Positions 1 through 10,796 of a stretch of 64,000 nt of DNA are shown one piece after another. Source of the stretch: Verrucomicrobiia bacterium. Its GTDB lineage: Bacteria > Verrucomicrobiota > Verrucomicrobiia > Limisphaerales > UBA1319. Position 1 is the stretch's first letter. Each line of letters starts with the position of its first letter. The stretch lies in the NCBI GenBank assembly GCA_963664225.1, contig OY760937.1, forward strand, positions 736,001 to 800,000, given 5' to 3'. The notes beneath the pieces were generated by a model. That model was not told the DNA's origin. It searched no databases and worked only from the letters and a program-made list of their open reading frames with translations. Position numbers and translations under genes: made by a program.

Positions 1-1
1 T

Positions 2-241
2 GGCCTGATCGTGGTTCAGGGCCAGGGTAAGATGAACAAGCTCAATCTGGATTGCCCGAAGATGATCCGCTTCCATGAGATGACCGAGGATGAAGTGTTT
101 TGCACTGAGAACGCGGCCAAGGTTGGTGTGGTGTTTGAAAATACATCCACGGTCGAACCTCTGGTCATGCTCCGCTATTTTGGCCCTGATGCCAATCCGG
201 ACGCGCCGAAGCTTGGTGCGTATAAAACCAACAAGTTCTAA
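2..241 (+). CDS. C-terminal part of a hypothetical protein (5' truncated by window edge)
   Basis: Frame is open from the window start to TAA at 239-241; lies 30 bp upstream of, and co-oriented with, the next gene. Confidence 0.6.
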   Translation, partial: GLIVVQGQGKMNKLNLDCPKMIRFHEMTEDEVFCTENAAKVGVVFENTSTVEPLVMLRYFGPDANPDAPKLGAYKTNKF

Positions 242-271
242 ACATCACCTCTCAAATTAAATCTTGCGCAT

Positions 272-1237
272 ATGAAACGCATCTCCATTGGCACCTGGGC
301 TTTTGTGTTCAATCAAAAGCAGCCCATCGAGTTTTCTGAAATCGTGACCGGGCTCAAGAAGCTCGGTTTCGACGGCTTGGAACTCGGGGGTTTTGGCATT
401 CATCCCAACCCGACCGCAGCATGGACAACAGCCAGTTGGCATCGCGATCCTAAAGCGGCTTACGCGGATATTTGTGCCTCCATCCGGCAAACATGGGAGT
501 CGCAGGGTATGGGTTGCAGCGGTTTGGCGGCTGATTTGTGGGCGGAACGACTCATTACCGCACCTGACAATAAATCCTATCTTGGCACGTTTCGGAAGAA
601 TCTGGATTTTTGCCAGCGTCTGGGCATCAACGTGATTCGCGTGGATTCCACAGAACCGCCCAACGTTTTGGGCAAGGTGCCCGGCGAAAAACCGTTGAAG
701 GACCGCCCGGTGGTTCCATACGACGAGGCGTTAAAGCGCGTGGCGACGACTTGGAGAAAATGCGCTCAGGAAGCCAAAGACAAGGGCGTTCGCGTGGTTT
801 GGGAATTCGAGCCGGGATTTGCCTTTAACAAGCCCTCCGACATCCTGCGTGTTCTCGAAGCTGTGAATCACGAGAATTTCATGATCATGGTGGATACCTG
901 CCATGCGCACAATGTGGCGGTGGTTGGCGCGCGTCAGCCTGGCAAGAAAGAGACGCTCCCGGGCGGGATTCGTGAATTGGCCGAGAAATTGAAAGGGAAG
1001 ATCGGGCGGCTGCATCTGATCGATTCTGATGGAACGCTCAATGAACACGGCACTTCCACGCATCCACCATTCGGTGATGGGTGCCTGAAATTCGACGAGT
1101 TCATGCCGGCATTTGTGGCTGCCGGCTGTCCTGATGACTGGTGGACCATTGACTTGTGTTTCTGGCCGGACGCATGGAAAGCCACGGCCAAATGCAAAAA
1201 GGCAGTGGATAAGCTGAATTCGAAATTCGGCGGTTAA
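272..1237 (+). CDS. Sugar phosphate isomerase/epimerase (xylose isomerase-like TIM barrel)
   Basis: GFDGLELG, WEFEP, MVDTCH, LHLIDSDG and HPPFGDG metal-binding motifs. Confidence 0.85.
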   Translation: MKRISIGTWAFVFNQKQPIEFSEIVTGLKKLGFDGLELGGFGIHPNPTAAWTTASWHRDPKAAYADICASIRQTWESQGMGCSGLAADLWAERLITAPDNKSYLGTFRKNLDFCQRLGINVIRVDSTEPPNVLGKVPGEKPLKDRPVVPYDEALKRVATTWRKCAQEAKDKGVRVVWEFEPGFAFNKPSDILRVLEAVNHENFMIMVDTCHAHNVAVVGARQPGKKETLPGGIRELAEKLKGKIGRLHLIDSDGTLNEHGTSTHPPFGDGCLKFDEFMPAFVAAGCPDDWWTIDLCFWPDAWKATAKCKKAVDKLNSKFGG

Positions 1238-1351
1238 ACGAAATGGAATTCGTTTGTTAGTTTTTGGAGACGTTGGTTCGAACCAGCGTCTCTTTACGCC
1301 TGATTCCCGGTCAATTGCCACGGTCTGCCTTCGATTCAATTGCATAGAGTT

Positions 1352-4300
1352 ATGACTAAGAAAACAAAGCCTTCGGAATGCAACACAGCTTCCTGTGGTT
1401 GCACGAGTTCCGTGACTCGCCGTGATTTTCTGCGACTCACCAGTATTGCGGCGGCGACGTCTTTTGTGGATTGGCAGGCCGTGGCGGGACCGTTTGAGGG
1501 GGCGGATTTCACGAACCTGATTCCCGCCGACAAGAAGCTCAAACCGGAGTGGGTCAAGTCGCTCTATGAACGGGGTGAGCCTACGGTTTATCACGGAGCG
1601 GCACTGGGAACGATTGGGATGCCGGTGAATGGGATTTGCTGCGGCCAGTTGTATCTGGGCGGCGACGGACGTTTGTGGAACTGGGATATTTTCAATGAGT
1701 CCCACGCGGATGGTTCAACGGATTATAGCGGACGCAACTACGCCAAACCACGCAAGCCCGAGTCACCGATCGAACAGGGGTTTGCGATCAAATTGACCAG
1801 CGCAGGAAAATCGCAGGTCCGCTGCCTCGACAACCGCGGGTTTTCGCCGAGTACTATGGGATTCAAAGGGCAGTATCCCTTGGGCGTGGTCGAATACAAA
1901 GATCCGGCGCTGCCGGTTCAAGTTTCACTGGAGGCTTTCGCGCCGTTCATACCGCTGAATGTGGAAGATTCGTCGTTGCCGGTGACGATCATGAATTACA
2001 CGGTGAAGAATACCGGCACGGAAGCGGTGGAGGTGGAGATTGGTGGTTGGATCGAGAACGGCGTTTGCCTGGAAAGCGGCAAAATGAGTTGGGGAAAGCG
2101 CACCAACAATGTTCAGCAGGAGGCCGGTTTGACGATGGTCGTTGGCACGGCGGCATCCGTTCCGGATAACGAACGCCCCGCCATTCAGCCGGACATTGCG
2201 TTTGAGGATTTTGAGAATGGTTTTGGAAAGTGGACGGTGGAGGGGCAGGCGTTTGGCAAGGGGCCCGCAGGGGGGACACTGGCCAATCAGCAGGCGGTGA
2301 GCGGCTTTGAAGGGAAGGGGCTGGTTAACAGCTTTTTTGAAGGGGACGCCACCACAGGACGAATGCAATCGAAGGCGTTCACGATTGCTCGACGGTATAT
2401 CGCGTTCTTGATCGGTGGCGGCAGCCTCAAAGGCGAGACCTGCATGAACCTGCTGATCGATGGGCAGGTCAAGAACACGGCCACCGGCCACGACAGGGAA
2501 AAGCTCGAATGGGCTTACTGGGACGTCAGCCAGTTCCAGGGAAAACAGGCGAGTCTGGAAATTGTGGATAAAGCCACCGGCGCGTGGGGACATGTGAATG
2601 TGGACCAGATCGTGTTCACCGACCAACCGCCTGCGGCACGCATCAAGGCGGAACAACAGCAGGATTTCGGCTCGCTCGCGCTGGCTTTGCTGGGCGATGG
2701 GAAAGATCATTTTGCGCAGTCGGGCGTGAAGGGGGAAATGCCAGCAGCGGTGTTTGCCGAATCGAAGGAATTGGAGAGCAGCCAACCTTTTGGAAAGAAG
2801 CTCATCGGAGCCGTGGGACGCAAGTTTATGCTGGCGCCCGGTGCGGAAGGCAGTGCGACGTTTCTGGTGGCCTGGTTTTTCCCGGGGTTGCAGCGGGGAA
2901 CGATTGGCGGGTTAGAGGGAATTGACAAGCTGCAGCGCGAGTATGCGAATCGATTCGATTCCGCGGCGGCGGTGGCGCGTCATGTGGCAAAGAATTTCGA
3001 ACAACTCGCGGGACAAACGCGGCTCTGGAACCAGACGTGGTATGATTCCACGCTGCCCTATTGGTTCCTGGACCGGGTTTTCGCGCCCATTTGCACGCTG
3101 GCCACGAGCACATGTTACCGGTTTACCAACCGACGGTTCTACGCTTTTGAAGGGGTTTACTGCTGCCAGGGGACGTGTCAGCACGTTTGGAATTACGCGC
3201 AATCGGTGGGGCGCATTTTCCCCGAGCTGGAGCGCGATCTTCGACGGCGCACGGATTTTGGGACGGCCTGGCATGAGAATGGCGCGATTGATTATCGCGG
3301 AGAATGTGACCGGCGCGTGGCGCACGACGGACAGTGCGGGGTGATTTTGCGGGCGTGGCGGGAACATCAAATGGCGCCCGACGATTCCTACTTGCGCGCT
3401 TGCTGGCCGAGGATTCGTAAGTCGGTGGAGTATTTGATCGGTTGCGATGGAGACGAAAACGGACTGATCGAGGGCGAGCAATACAACACGCTGGATGCCT
3501 CCTGGTTTGGGGCCATGGCGTGGATCAGCTCGTTTTACGTCGCCGCGTTGCGCGCGGCCGAGGCGATGGCGGCGGAGACCGGCGATGATGCCTTTTCGAA
3601 ACGGTGCCGGACGATTGCCGAGCGTGGCTCGCAAGAACTGGTCAAACAGCTCTATAACGGCGAATATTTCATTCATAAGCCCGACGCCAAACATCCGGAC
3701 AGCACGAATACGAACGACGGCTGCCATATCGACCAGCTCATGGGGCAGGCTTGGGCGCTCCAAGTTGGACTGCCGCGCGTAATGCCGCTCAAGGAGACGC
3801 ACTCAGCGCTGGAAGCGATCTGGAAATACAACTTCACGCCGGATGTTGGGCCTTATCGGGAGAAATCGTTTATCAAGGGGGGGCGCTGGTATGCCATGCC
3901 CGGCGAAGGAGGCGTGGTGATGACGACCTTCCCGCGAGGTGGGATTGAAAAGGCGAGCGGGAAAGGCGGCTTTGCCTACTATCTCAACGAGGTCTGGACC
4001 GGCCAGGAACACCAATTGGCGGCGCACATGCTCTGGGAAGGAATGACCGACAAGGCGCTGGTCATCACCCGGTATGTGCATGACCGACATCACGCCGCGC
4101 TCCGCAATCCCTACAACGAAATTGAGTGTTCGGATCATTATACGCGGGCGATGTCCAGTCACGGGACGTTCATTGCGGCCTGTGGATACGAGCACCACGG
4201 TCCCAAAGGGCATCTCGGTTTTGCCCCGCGCATTTCGCCGGACCATTTCCGCGCGCCGTTCACTGCGGCGGAAGGTTGGGGGACGTTTTCGCAAACGCGG

Positions 4301-4528
4301 CAGGCTCAGGGCCAAAAGGAAACCATTGCGGTCAAATACGGCAAATTACGTTTGCGAACGCTGGCGTTTGAAATTGCCGAAGGATTCAGCCCATCCGGCG
4401 CGACATTTGCGATCAAAGGAAAGAAGCTGGAGGCGCCGATCAAAGTGGAGGGTCGGCGGGTCATGGTCACGTTGCCCGAGGAAATAGTGATCGTTGACGG
4501 CGAGAGTATCGATTTGGTGTTTGCTTAA
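1352..4528 (+). CDS. Tat-exported GH116 family glycoside hydrolase with an inserted beta-sandwich-like domain
   Basis: TRRDFLR twin-arginine motif; GMPVNGICCGQLYLGGDGRL N-terminal motif; HVWNYAQ, QYNTLD, EVWTG and NPYNEIECSDHY catalytic-domain motifs. Confidence 0.85.
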   Translation: MTKKTKPSECNTASCGCTSSVTRRDFLRLTSIAAATSFVDWQAVAGPFEGADFTNLIPADKKLKPEWVKSLYERGEPTVYHGAALGTIGMPVNGICCGQLYLGGDGRLWNWDIFNESHADGSTDYSGRNYAKPRKPESPIEQGFAIKLTSAGKSQVRCLDNRGFSPSTMGFKGQYPLGVVEYKDPALPVQVSLEAFAPFIPLNVEDSSLPVTIMNYTVKNTGTEAVEVEIGGWIENGVCLESGKMSWGKRTNNVQQEAGLTMVVGTAASVPDNERPAIQPDIAFEDFENGFGKWTVEGQAFGKGPAGGTLANQQAVSGFEGKGLVNSFFEGDATTGRMQSKAFTIARRYIAFLIGGGSLKGETCMNLLIDGQVKNTATGHDREKLEWAYWDVSQFQGKQASLEIVDKATGAWGHVNVDQIVFTDQPPAARIKAEQQQDFGSLALALLGDGKDHFAQSGVKGEMPAAVFAESKELESSQPFGKKLIGAVGRKFMLAPGAEGSATFLVAWFFPGLQRGTIGGLEGIDKLQREYANRFDSAAAVARHVAKNFEQLAGQTRLWNQTWYDSTLPYWFLDRVFAPICTLATSTCYRFTNRRFYAFEGVYCCQGTCQHVWNYAQSVGRIFPELERDLRRRTDFGTAWHENGAIDYRGECDRRVAHDGQCGVILRAWREHQMAPDDSYLRACWPRIRKSVEYLIGCDGDENGLIEGEQYNTLDASWFGAMAWISSFYVAALRAAEAMAAETGDDAFSKRCRTIAERGSQELVKQLYNGEYFIHKPDAKHPDSTNTNDGCHIDQLMGQAWALQVGLPRVMPLKETHSALEAIWKYNFTPDVGPYREKSFIKGGRWYAMPGEGGVVMTTFPRGGIEKASGKGGFAYYLNEVWTGQEHQLAAHMLWEGMTDKALVITRYVHDRHHAALRNPYNEIECSDHYTRAMSSHGTFIAACGYEHHGPKGHLGFAPRISPDHFRAPFTAAEGWGTFSQTRQAQGQKETIAVKYGKLRLRTLAFEIAEGFSPSGATFAIKGKKLEAPIKVEGRRVMVTLPEEIVIVDGESIDLVFA

Positions 4529-4533
4529 TCGAT
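4186..4533 (+). repeat. Copy 1 of ~348-bp direct repeat (3' end of GH116 gene)
   Basis: Aligns without gaps to 8525-8872 (offset 4339). Confidence 0.95.
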
Positions 4534-5086
4534 CGATGAGAAACTGTGATGAAACAGCGGATAATATTCCGTGAGGCACGTTTTTTTGGCGGTCGATTCT
4601 GATTGATTTTGGAAAGGAGTTTGGTGTGCATGGATCTGAAGTCCGCACACCTTTCTTCGGTACCAACACCACAGATTGACATCGACTGCACCTGCCTGAA
4701 TGGAGGATCGTATTTCCACTTTTGATTGTCGCCGCGCAGTGTTTGAGCGACATGAGCGTTGCAATTTAAGGTCGCGAAATGGTGTTCATTTCCAAGCGGT
4801 TTGAATGGTCTTGAGGTTGAAGAAACAGCAGGAGGCTTGACTTGGACCTGAAAGATGATAAGGTTGGCTTAAATGTTACATAAGTAAAACGTATATGATC
4901 ACGCTCAAACAAGTGAACCGCTGTCAGAGGCAAGCTGAGTGCATAACAAGATCCGATCTGGATCATGCCCTGAAGCTGAGGATTGTCTTTGGTTTTTTAT
5001 AGTTACATTCCAATCCGCGCTGGCTAACGCAATTCACCACTCCGGAGAATCTTAAATAAGCCAACTCTTCAACATTCCATTCGCTT

Positions 5087-8080
5087 ATGAAAACTTCCCG
5101 CCTGAATTTTCTTCTATTCTTTGCAGCATTGTTAACAGCAGACCCATTATTTGGGGCAACAGCCACTGTACTTGGCTGGAACAACCTGGGCATGCACTGC
5201 ATGGATAGCGATTACTCGGTTTTCTCGATCCTGCCTCCCTATAACACAATCGAGGCCCAGTTAATCGTTAATGGTGGACTCATCACCAGCGCACAGGGTT
5301 ACTCGGTAACCTACCAGGCCATCGCGGATCCGGATGGATCCATCAATACCACGGCCATTGGCAAAGGCAATTTCTTCACATACACGCCCTACATGTATGG
5401 TTCATTGCCTTTGGACATGGGGCTTGCCGGATGGGCCATGCCGGGAACCAACAACGTTCCCCAAAGCATGCGTTTTGAAACGACGAACAACCCGGCCGTA
5501 GGCGTGACAACGCCAGTCAACTGGTTCCGGGCAGAGGGTATCCCCATTTCCCCTTTTGACGATTCGATGCAGCGCAACGAATACCCGTTAATGAGGCTTA
5601 CCGCGCGAGACCCCGCCGGTGTGGTTCTGGCGACCAGCGATATCGTTTTACCTGTGTCGGATGAAATGGATTGCCGGTCCTGCCATGCCTCGGGGACTCA
5701 GGCAGCGGCACAACCGGCGGCAGGCTGGGTTTTTAACGCAAATCCTGAGCGCGATTACCGGCTCAACATCCTGCGGTTACACGACGAAATTGAGTTCCAG
5801 GCACACCAGCAAACTTATGTGTCAGCGCTGGCCACGCGGGGATTGAATCCGTCCGGCCTCTACGCCAATGTGGCGACCGATGGCAGGCCCATTTACTGCG
5901 CCACCTGCCATACATCCGAGGCATTGCAGGGGAGCGGATTGGCTGGCATTCCGCCGTTAACCCAGTCCATTCACTCGCTCCATGCCGGTGTCACGGATCC
6001 GGTGCTTCATATCAAGCTGGACGATTCAGCAAACCGGGCCTCATGTTATCGCTGCCACCCGGGTTCCACGGCCAAGTGTCTTCGCGGAGCCATGGGAACC
6101 GCAGTGGCTGCCGACGGTTCCATGGAAATGCAGTGCCAGAGCTGTCATGGAAACTTGAGTCAGGTTGGCGCGAGCACGCGCGTGGGTTGGTTCATGGAGC
6201 CCTCCTGCCAGAATTGCCACTCTGGAACAGCAACACAGAACAGCGGACAGATTCGTTTCACCTCGGTGTTCACCACCAACGGAACGGTGCGTGTTGCGGC
6301 GAACCAGACCTTTGCAACCACTCCTAACACTCCTGCTGCAGGCCTTTCACTCTATCGTTTTTCTGTCGGACATGGCGGGCTCCAATGCTCCGCGTGCCAC
6401 GGTTCAACGCACGCCGAATTTACGAGTGCCTTCCGAAACGACAATATTGAAAGCATGGAACTCCAGGGGCATGTGGGCATGATTGCCGAATGCACCGCGT
6501 GCCATGTCACAATGCCTGCGACGGTCAGCGGAGGGCCTCACGGGCTCCACCCGATGGGCGCAACATGGGTCAGCCAGCACCAGAACGCCGCCGAAGGTAA
6601 CCGCGCCCAGTGCCAGACCTGTCATGGGACTGATTACCGCGGCACGGTTCTCTCGGTTATGAAGGCAGACCGCACGATCAATGGTCAAAGCGTGTTCAGA
6701 GGGGCCATCATCGGTTGTTATATGTGCCACAACGGTCCGGGAGGAGACGGAAATCCGGGACCGGCGCCAACGGTTAGCAACGTGACGGCCAACACGGTCC
6801 AAGGCAAACCGGTTTCCATCCTGCTGGCTTCCACGGGAACAAACGTGGCATTGCGAATCATATCGCAAGCATCATTGGGTTCAGTGGGTCTCAGCAACAA
6901 TGTAGCCACTTATTTCCCCGATCCCACGTTCACAGGCGTCGATACTTTCACTTTCGCTGCTTACAATGGGTCAAAGAACTCAAACCTGGGTACAGGCACA
7001 GTGGTCATTGCAACCAGTCCAGGCAGTGTTCCTCCTACCATCACCACGCAGCCGTTGAGTCAAACGGTGGCGGTTGGGACATCAGTCACCTTTACGGTGG
7101 GCGCCACGGGCACCCTGCTATTAAATTATCAATGGCAGAGGAACGGGGTCAACATTTCCGGCGCCACGGGGGCCGCCCTGACGTTGCCCAATGTGACTTC
7201 CACCAGCGCTGGAAGTTATCGGGTTATTGTCAACAACACTGTAGGGTCTGTCACCAGCAGTGCAGCCACGCTAACGGTCAGTTCCGCAGTGGCGCCCACC
7301 ATCACCACGCAGCCGGTGAGTCAGACCGTGGCGGTTGGTGCCACGGTGTCATTCACTGTGGTTGCCACGGGCACGACCCCATTGAGTTATCAATGGCAGA
7401 AAAATGGTGTGAACATCTCTGGCGCCACGAGTGCCACATTGACGTTGACGAGTGTCACGTCCACCAGCGCGGGAAGTTATCGAGTTATTGTCAGCAACAC
7501 GGTGGGATCTGTCACCAGCAGTGCAGCGACGCTAACGGTCAGTTCCGCAGTGGCGCCCACCATCGCCACGCAGCCGGTGAGTCAGACCGTAGCGGTTGGC
7601 GCCACTGTTACATTCACTGTGGTTTCCACAGGCGCGACCCCGTTGAGTTATCAATGGCAGAAAAATGGCGTCAACATTTCTGGCGCCACGAGTGCCACAT
7701 TGACGTTGACCAGTGTGACGTCCACCAGCGCAGGGAGTTACCGCGTGATTGTAAGAAATACAGCGGGCGCAGCAACGAGTACATCGGCGACCCTTACTGT
7801 TAATTCGCCGCCGCTCGCGATCGTGCTTACCAGTCCAACCAACGGAGGCATCTTCGATCAAGAAGACAGCATACGCATCACTGCGACGGTGACACCATCT
7901 GGCAGTGCCCGAAGTGTACGCTACTTTGACGGATCCAAGCTGATTGGTTCGGACAATGAAGCGCCGTTCACGATCAGAGTGCGTTTGAGCCCCGGAATTC
8001 ATATCCTGACCGCTCAAGCCATCAGCCTTACAGGGGCAGTGCAAACATCCGCCCCGGTCCAAATTACAGTGACCCGGTAG
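5087..8080 (+). CDS. Secreted multiheme c-type cytochrome (9 CxxCH) with C-terminal Ig-like domains
   Basis: Signal peptide; CRSCH, CATCH, CYRCH, CQSCH, CQNCH, CSACH, CTACH, CQTCH, CYMCH; three PTITTQP..YQWQ.NG..GSYRV Ig repeats plus two other Ig-like modules. Confidence 0.9.
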   Translation: MKTSRLNFLLFFAALLTADPLFGATATVLGWNNLGMHCMDSDYSVFSILPPYNTIEAQLIVNGGLITSAQGYSVTYQAIADPDGSINTTAIGKGNFFTYTPYMYGSLPLDMGLAGWAMPGTNNVPQSMRFETTNNPAVGVTTPVNWFRAEGIPISPFDDSMQRNEYPLMRLTARDPAGVVLATSDIVLPVSDEMDCRSCHASGTQAAAQPAAGWVFNANPERDYRLNILRLHDEIEFQAHQQTYVSALATRGLNPSGLYANVATDGRPIYCATCHTSEALQGSGLAGIPPLTQSIHSLHAGVTDPVLHIKLDDSANRASCYRCHPGSTAKCLRGAMGTAVAADGSMEMQCQSCHGNLSQVGASTRVGWFMEPSCQNCHSGTATQNSGQIRFTSVFTTNGTVRVAANQTFATTPNTPAAGLSLYRFSVGHGGLQCSACHGSTHAEFTSAFRNDNIESMELQGHVGMIAECTACHVTMPATVSGGPHGLHPMGATWVSQHQNAAEGNRAQCQTCHGTDYRGTVLSVMKADRTINGQSVFRGAIIGCYMCHNGPGGDGNPGPAPTVSNVTANTVQGKPVSILLASTGTNVALRIISQASLGSVGLSNNVATYFPDPTFTGVDTFTFAAYNGSKNSNLGTGTVVIATSPGSVPPTITTQPLSQTVAVGTSVTFTVGATGTLLLNYQWQRNGVNISGATGAALTLPNVTSTSAGSYRVIVNNTVGSVTSSAATLTVSSAVAPTITTQPVSQTVAVGATVSFTVVATGTTPLSYQWQKNGVNISGATSATLTLTSVTSTSAGSYRVIVSNTVGSVTSSAATLTVSSAVAPTIATQPVSQTVAVGATVTFTVVSTGATPLSYQWQKNGVNISGATSATLTLTSVTSTSAGSYRVIVRNTAGAATSTSATLTVNSPPLAIVLTSPTNGGIFDQEDSIRITATVTPSGSARSVRYFDGSKLIGSDNEAPFTIRVRLSPGIHILTAQAISLTGAVQTSAPVQITVTR
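7034..7805 (+). repeat. Three tandem Ig-domain coding repeats, period 261 bp (87 aa)
   Basis: ACCATC(A/G)CCACGCAGCCG recurs at 7037, 7298 and 7559. Confidence 0.9.
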
Positions 8081-8524
8081 GGTCGAATATCCCAACCTGC
8101 CAATCAGGCGAAAGTCGAGCGGTCCATCGTGGATCTGGAACCTTGATACAATCAAGTCACAGGTATTTAGAATCGGCTTTCGCCTGACCTTTGTGGGGCA
8201 TAGAGCAAATTGATGCAATCAATGACCCGGCGCATGAAGTCCGATAATCACACAAATCTTTCACTGCCCAACGACCAGTTTGACACCGAGTTGGAAGACC
8301 ATTGCGCGGCCATCCATGATCCCAGTTTGATGCCAGAAAGGCACTTCATCGGGCGTGGGATTCTTCGTAAAAACAAACCCGCAGGATTCGATCTCCGACA
8401 TCAGCAAAGGAAACAACTTGGAGCTGTCTTCGGTAAATCCAGGTGCTTTCGCATTCGCGTGGTCTTTCGTGAAGGAGCTGGCGCGTACGCCGAATCGAGT
8501 CTTGACAAGTGTGGTGGTAATTGT

Positions 8525-8867
8525 ATACGAGCACCACGGTCCAAAAGGGCATCTCGGTTTTGCCCCGCGCATTTCACCGGACCATTTCCGCGCGCCGTTC
8601 ACTGCGGCGGAAGGTTGGGGGACGTTTTCGCAAACGCGGCAGGCTCAGGGCCAGAAGGAAACCATTGCGGTCAAATACGGCAAATTACGTTTACGAACGT
8701 TGGCGTTTGAAATTGCCGAAGGATTCAGCCCATCCGGTGCGACTTTTGCGATCAAAGGAAAGAAGCTGGAGGCGCCGATCAAAGTGGAGGGTCGGCGGGT
8801 CATGGTCACGTTGCCCGAAGAGACCGTGATTATTGCGGGCGAGAGCATGGATTTGGAACTTGCCTGA
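8525..8867 (+). pseudogene. Orphan duplicate of the last ~113 codons of the GH116 gene (repeat copy 2)
   Basis: YEHHGPKGHLGFAPRISPDHFRAPF... is identical in protein to GH116 until the last ~14 aa; homology starts abruptly at 8525. Confidence 0.85.
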
Positions 8868-8884
8868 TCGATTTTGCCCCTCTC

Positions 8885-8925
8885 AAAAAGAAACCGCCAT
8901 GTCAGGCACAATGCTGACATGGCGG
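8885..8925 (-). terminator. Intrinsic terminator hairpin downstream of glnS (possibly bidirectional)
   Basis: Perfect 12-bp stem CCGCCATGTCAG/CTGACATGGCGG with an A-rich run on the left (U-tract on the minus strand). Confidence 0.75.
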
Positions 8926-8949
8926 CGTTTAGCAAAACTGTTTACGGAT

Positions 8950-10653
8950 TCAGGATTGGTGGGTGGCCTGTTCAATCTTGGCCCAGGCGTCACGCAAAGT
9001 GACCGTACGGTTAAAGACGGGTTTGCCGGGTTTGCTGTCCACCGGATCCACGTTGAAGTAACCGAGGCGCTCAAATTGAAAGCGGGTTCCAGGAGCGGCA
9101 TTGGCCAGGCTGGGTTCCAGTTTGCAATTGGCGAGAGTGACCAGAGATTGAGGATTCAGGAAGGTCTTGAAATCCCTGCCTTCGGCATCCGCATCCGGTT
9201 GTTCGACGGTGAACATGCGGTCGTAGAGGCGCACTTCGGCGGATATGGCCTGCGGCGCGGAGACCCAATGGATCGTGCCTTTGATTTTGCGCCCGCTTGT
9301 GGGGCCACCGGCTTTTGACCCCGGATCGATGGTACAATGCAGTTCGACAACCTCCCCCTGATCATTCTTGACCACCTTTTCACACTTGATGATGTAGGCG
9401 TAACGGAGGCGGACTTCACCACCGGGAACTAGCCGGAAATATTTTTTGGGAGGCACTTCCTTGAAATCGTCCTGATCGATGTAGATCTCCCGTGAAAATG
9501 GAATCTTGCGAGTGCCGGCGGAAGGATCCTCCGGGTTGTTGATGGCGTCGAATTCCTCGGCCTGGTTTTCCGGGTAATTGGTCAGGACGACCTTGATGGG
9601 ATGCAGCACGGCCATGGCGCGGTGTGCGGATTTGTTGAGTTCCTCGCGCACGCAGTATTCGAGGAGGGCCATGTCGATGATGTTTTCACGCTTGGCCACG
9701 CCCACCTTTTCGCAGAAGGCGCGGATGGCTTCCGGCGGGTAACCGCGACGGCGCATTCCGGCGATGGTTGGCATGCGCGGATCGTTCCAGTCGCTGACAT
9801 TGCCCTCGGTGACCATTTGAAGGAGCTTGCGCTTGCTCATGACGGTGTAACCGAGATTGAGGCGCGCAAATTCGATTTGCTGCGGATGACAGGGGGTCTT
9901 CAGGGCGTCGAGAATCCAGTCGTACAAGGGCCTGTGGACTTCGAACTCGAGGGTGCAGATGGAATGGGTTATGCCCTCGATGGAATCAGACAGGCAATGG
10001 GCGAAATCGTACATGGGGTAGATGCACCACTGATTGCCCGTGCGATGATGCTCGGCTTTGCGAATGCGGTAGATGGCTGGATCCCGCATGTGAATGTTCG
10101 GGGAAGCCATGTCGATTTTGGCCCGGAGTGTCCGGGAGCCATCTGCGAACTCGCCTTTTCGCATCCGGCCAAATAGATCCAGATTCTCGTCCACGGAACG
10201 ATTGCGATAGGGGCTGTCCTTGCCCGGCACCGTGGGGGTACCACGGTTGGCTTTAAACTCGTCGGCGGTCTGGTCGCAGACGTAGGCCTTGCCCACGCGG
10301 ATCAATTCGACGGCGAATTGGTATAACTTTTCAAAATAATCGGAGGCGTAGAATTTTTTGTCCGCCCAATCGAAGCCCAGCCAGTGGACGTCTTCCTGGA
10401 TGGAGTCCACGTATTCCACGTCCTCGCGGGTGGGATTGGTATCGTCAAAGCGAAGGTGGCACACGCCTTCGAACTGTCTGGCAATGCCGAAGTTCAGGCA
10501 GATGGATTTGGCATGCCCAATGTGCAGGTAGCCATTGGGTTCTGGTGGAAACCGGGTGACGACTTTGCCCCCGTGTTTACCGGTCTTGTTATCCTCGACG
10601 ATGATCTGCCGAATAAAGTCGAGTGACGGAGTCGTTTCGGGCGTACTGCTCAT
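8950..10653 (-). CDS. glnS: Glutamine--tRNA ligase
   Basis: [15 protein letters not shown] and MSKRKL class I signatures; QFERLGYF. Confidence 0.97.
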   Translation of the reverse strand: MSSTPETTPSLDFIRQIIVEDNKTGKHGGKVVTRFPPEPNGYLHIGHAKSICLNFGIARQFEGVCHLRFDDTNPTREDVEYVDSIQEDVHWLGFDWADKKFYASDYFEKLYQFAVELIRVGKAYVCDQTADEFKANRGTPTVPGKDSPYRNRSVDENLDLFGRMRKGEFADGSRTLRAKIDMASPNIHMRDPAIYRIRKAEHHRTGNQWCIYPMYDFAHCLSDSIEGITHSICTLEFEVHRPLYDWILDALKTPCHPQQIEFARLNLGYTVMSKRKLLQMVTEGNVSDWNDPRMPTIAGMRRRGYPPEAIRAFCEKVGVAKRENIIDMALLEYCVREELNKSAHRAMAVLHPIKVVLTNYPENQAEEFDAINNPEDPSAGTRKIPFSREIYIDQDDFKEVPPKKYFRLVPGGEVRLRYAYIIKCEKVVKNDQGEVVELHCTIDPGSKAGGPTSGRKIKGTIHWVSAPQAISAEVRLYDRMFTVEQPDADAEGRDFKTFLNPQSLVTLANCKLEPSLANAAPGTRFQFERLGYFNVDPVDSKPGKPVFNRTVTLRDAWAKIEQATHQS

Positions 10654-10796
10654 AATTCCAGCTCTCTTATAAAAATAAAGGTCCGATCAAAAACTATCGG
10701 AATTCATTATGCCCGCATGGGATAATTTGGCCAGAAAATTTGAGCTGGAGAGGCGGTGTGCCGGGAAAGAGGAAGGAATTTAAGGGAACAGAGGGG

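Noticed and set aside
8210..8524. Genes in ORFs 8210-8710, 8261-8602 and the 5' part of 8355-8867
   Set aside because: No recognisable motifs; their length comes largely from running into the GH116 duplicate. A decayed gene remnant cannot be excluded
4186..8872. Diversity-generating retroelement TR/VR pair
   Set aside because: Mismatches are not confined to adenines of one copy, are mostly synonymous, and no reverse transcriptase is present
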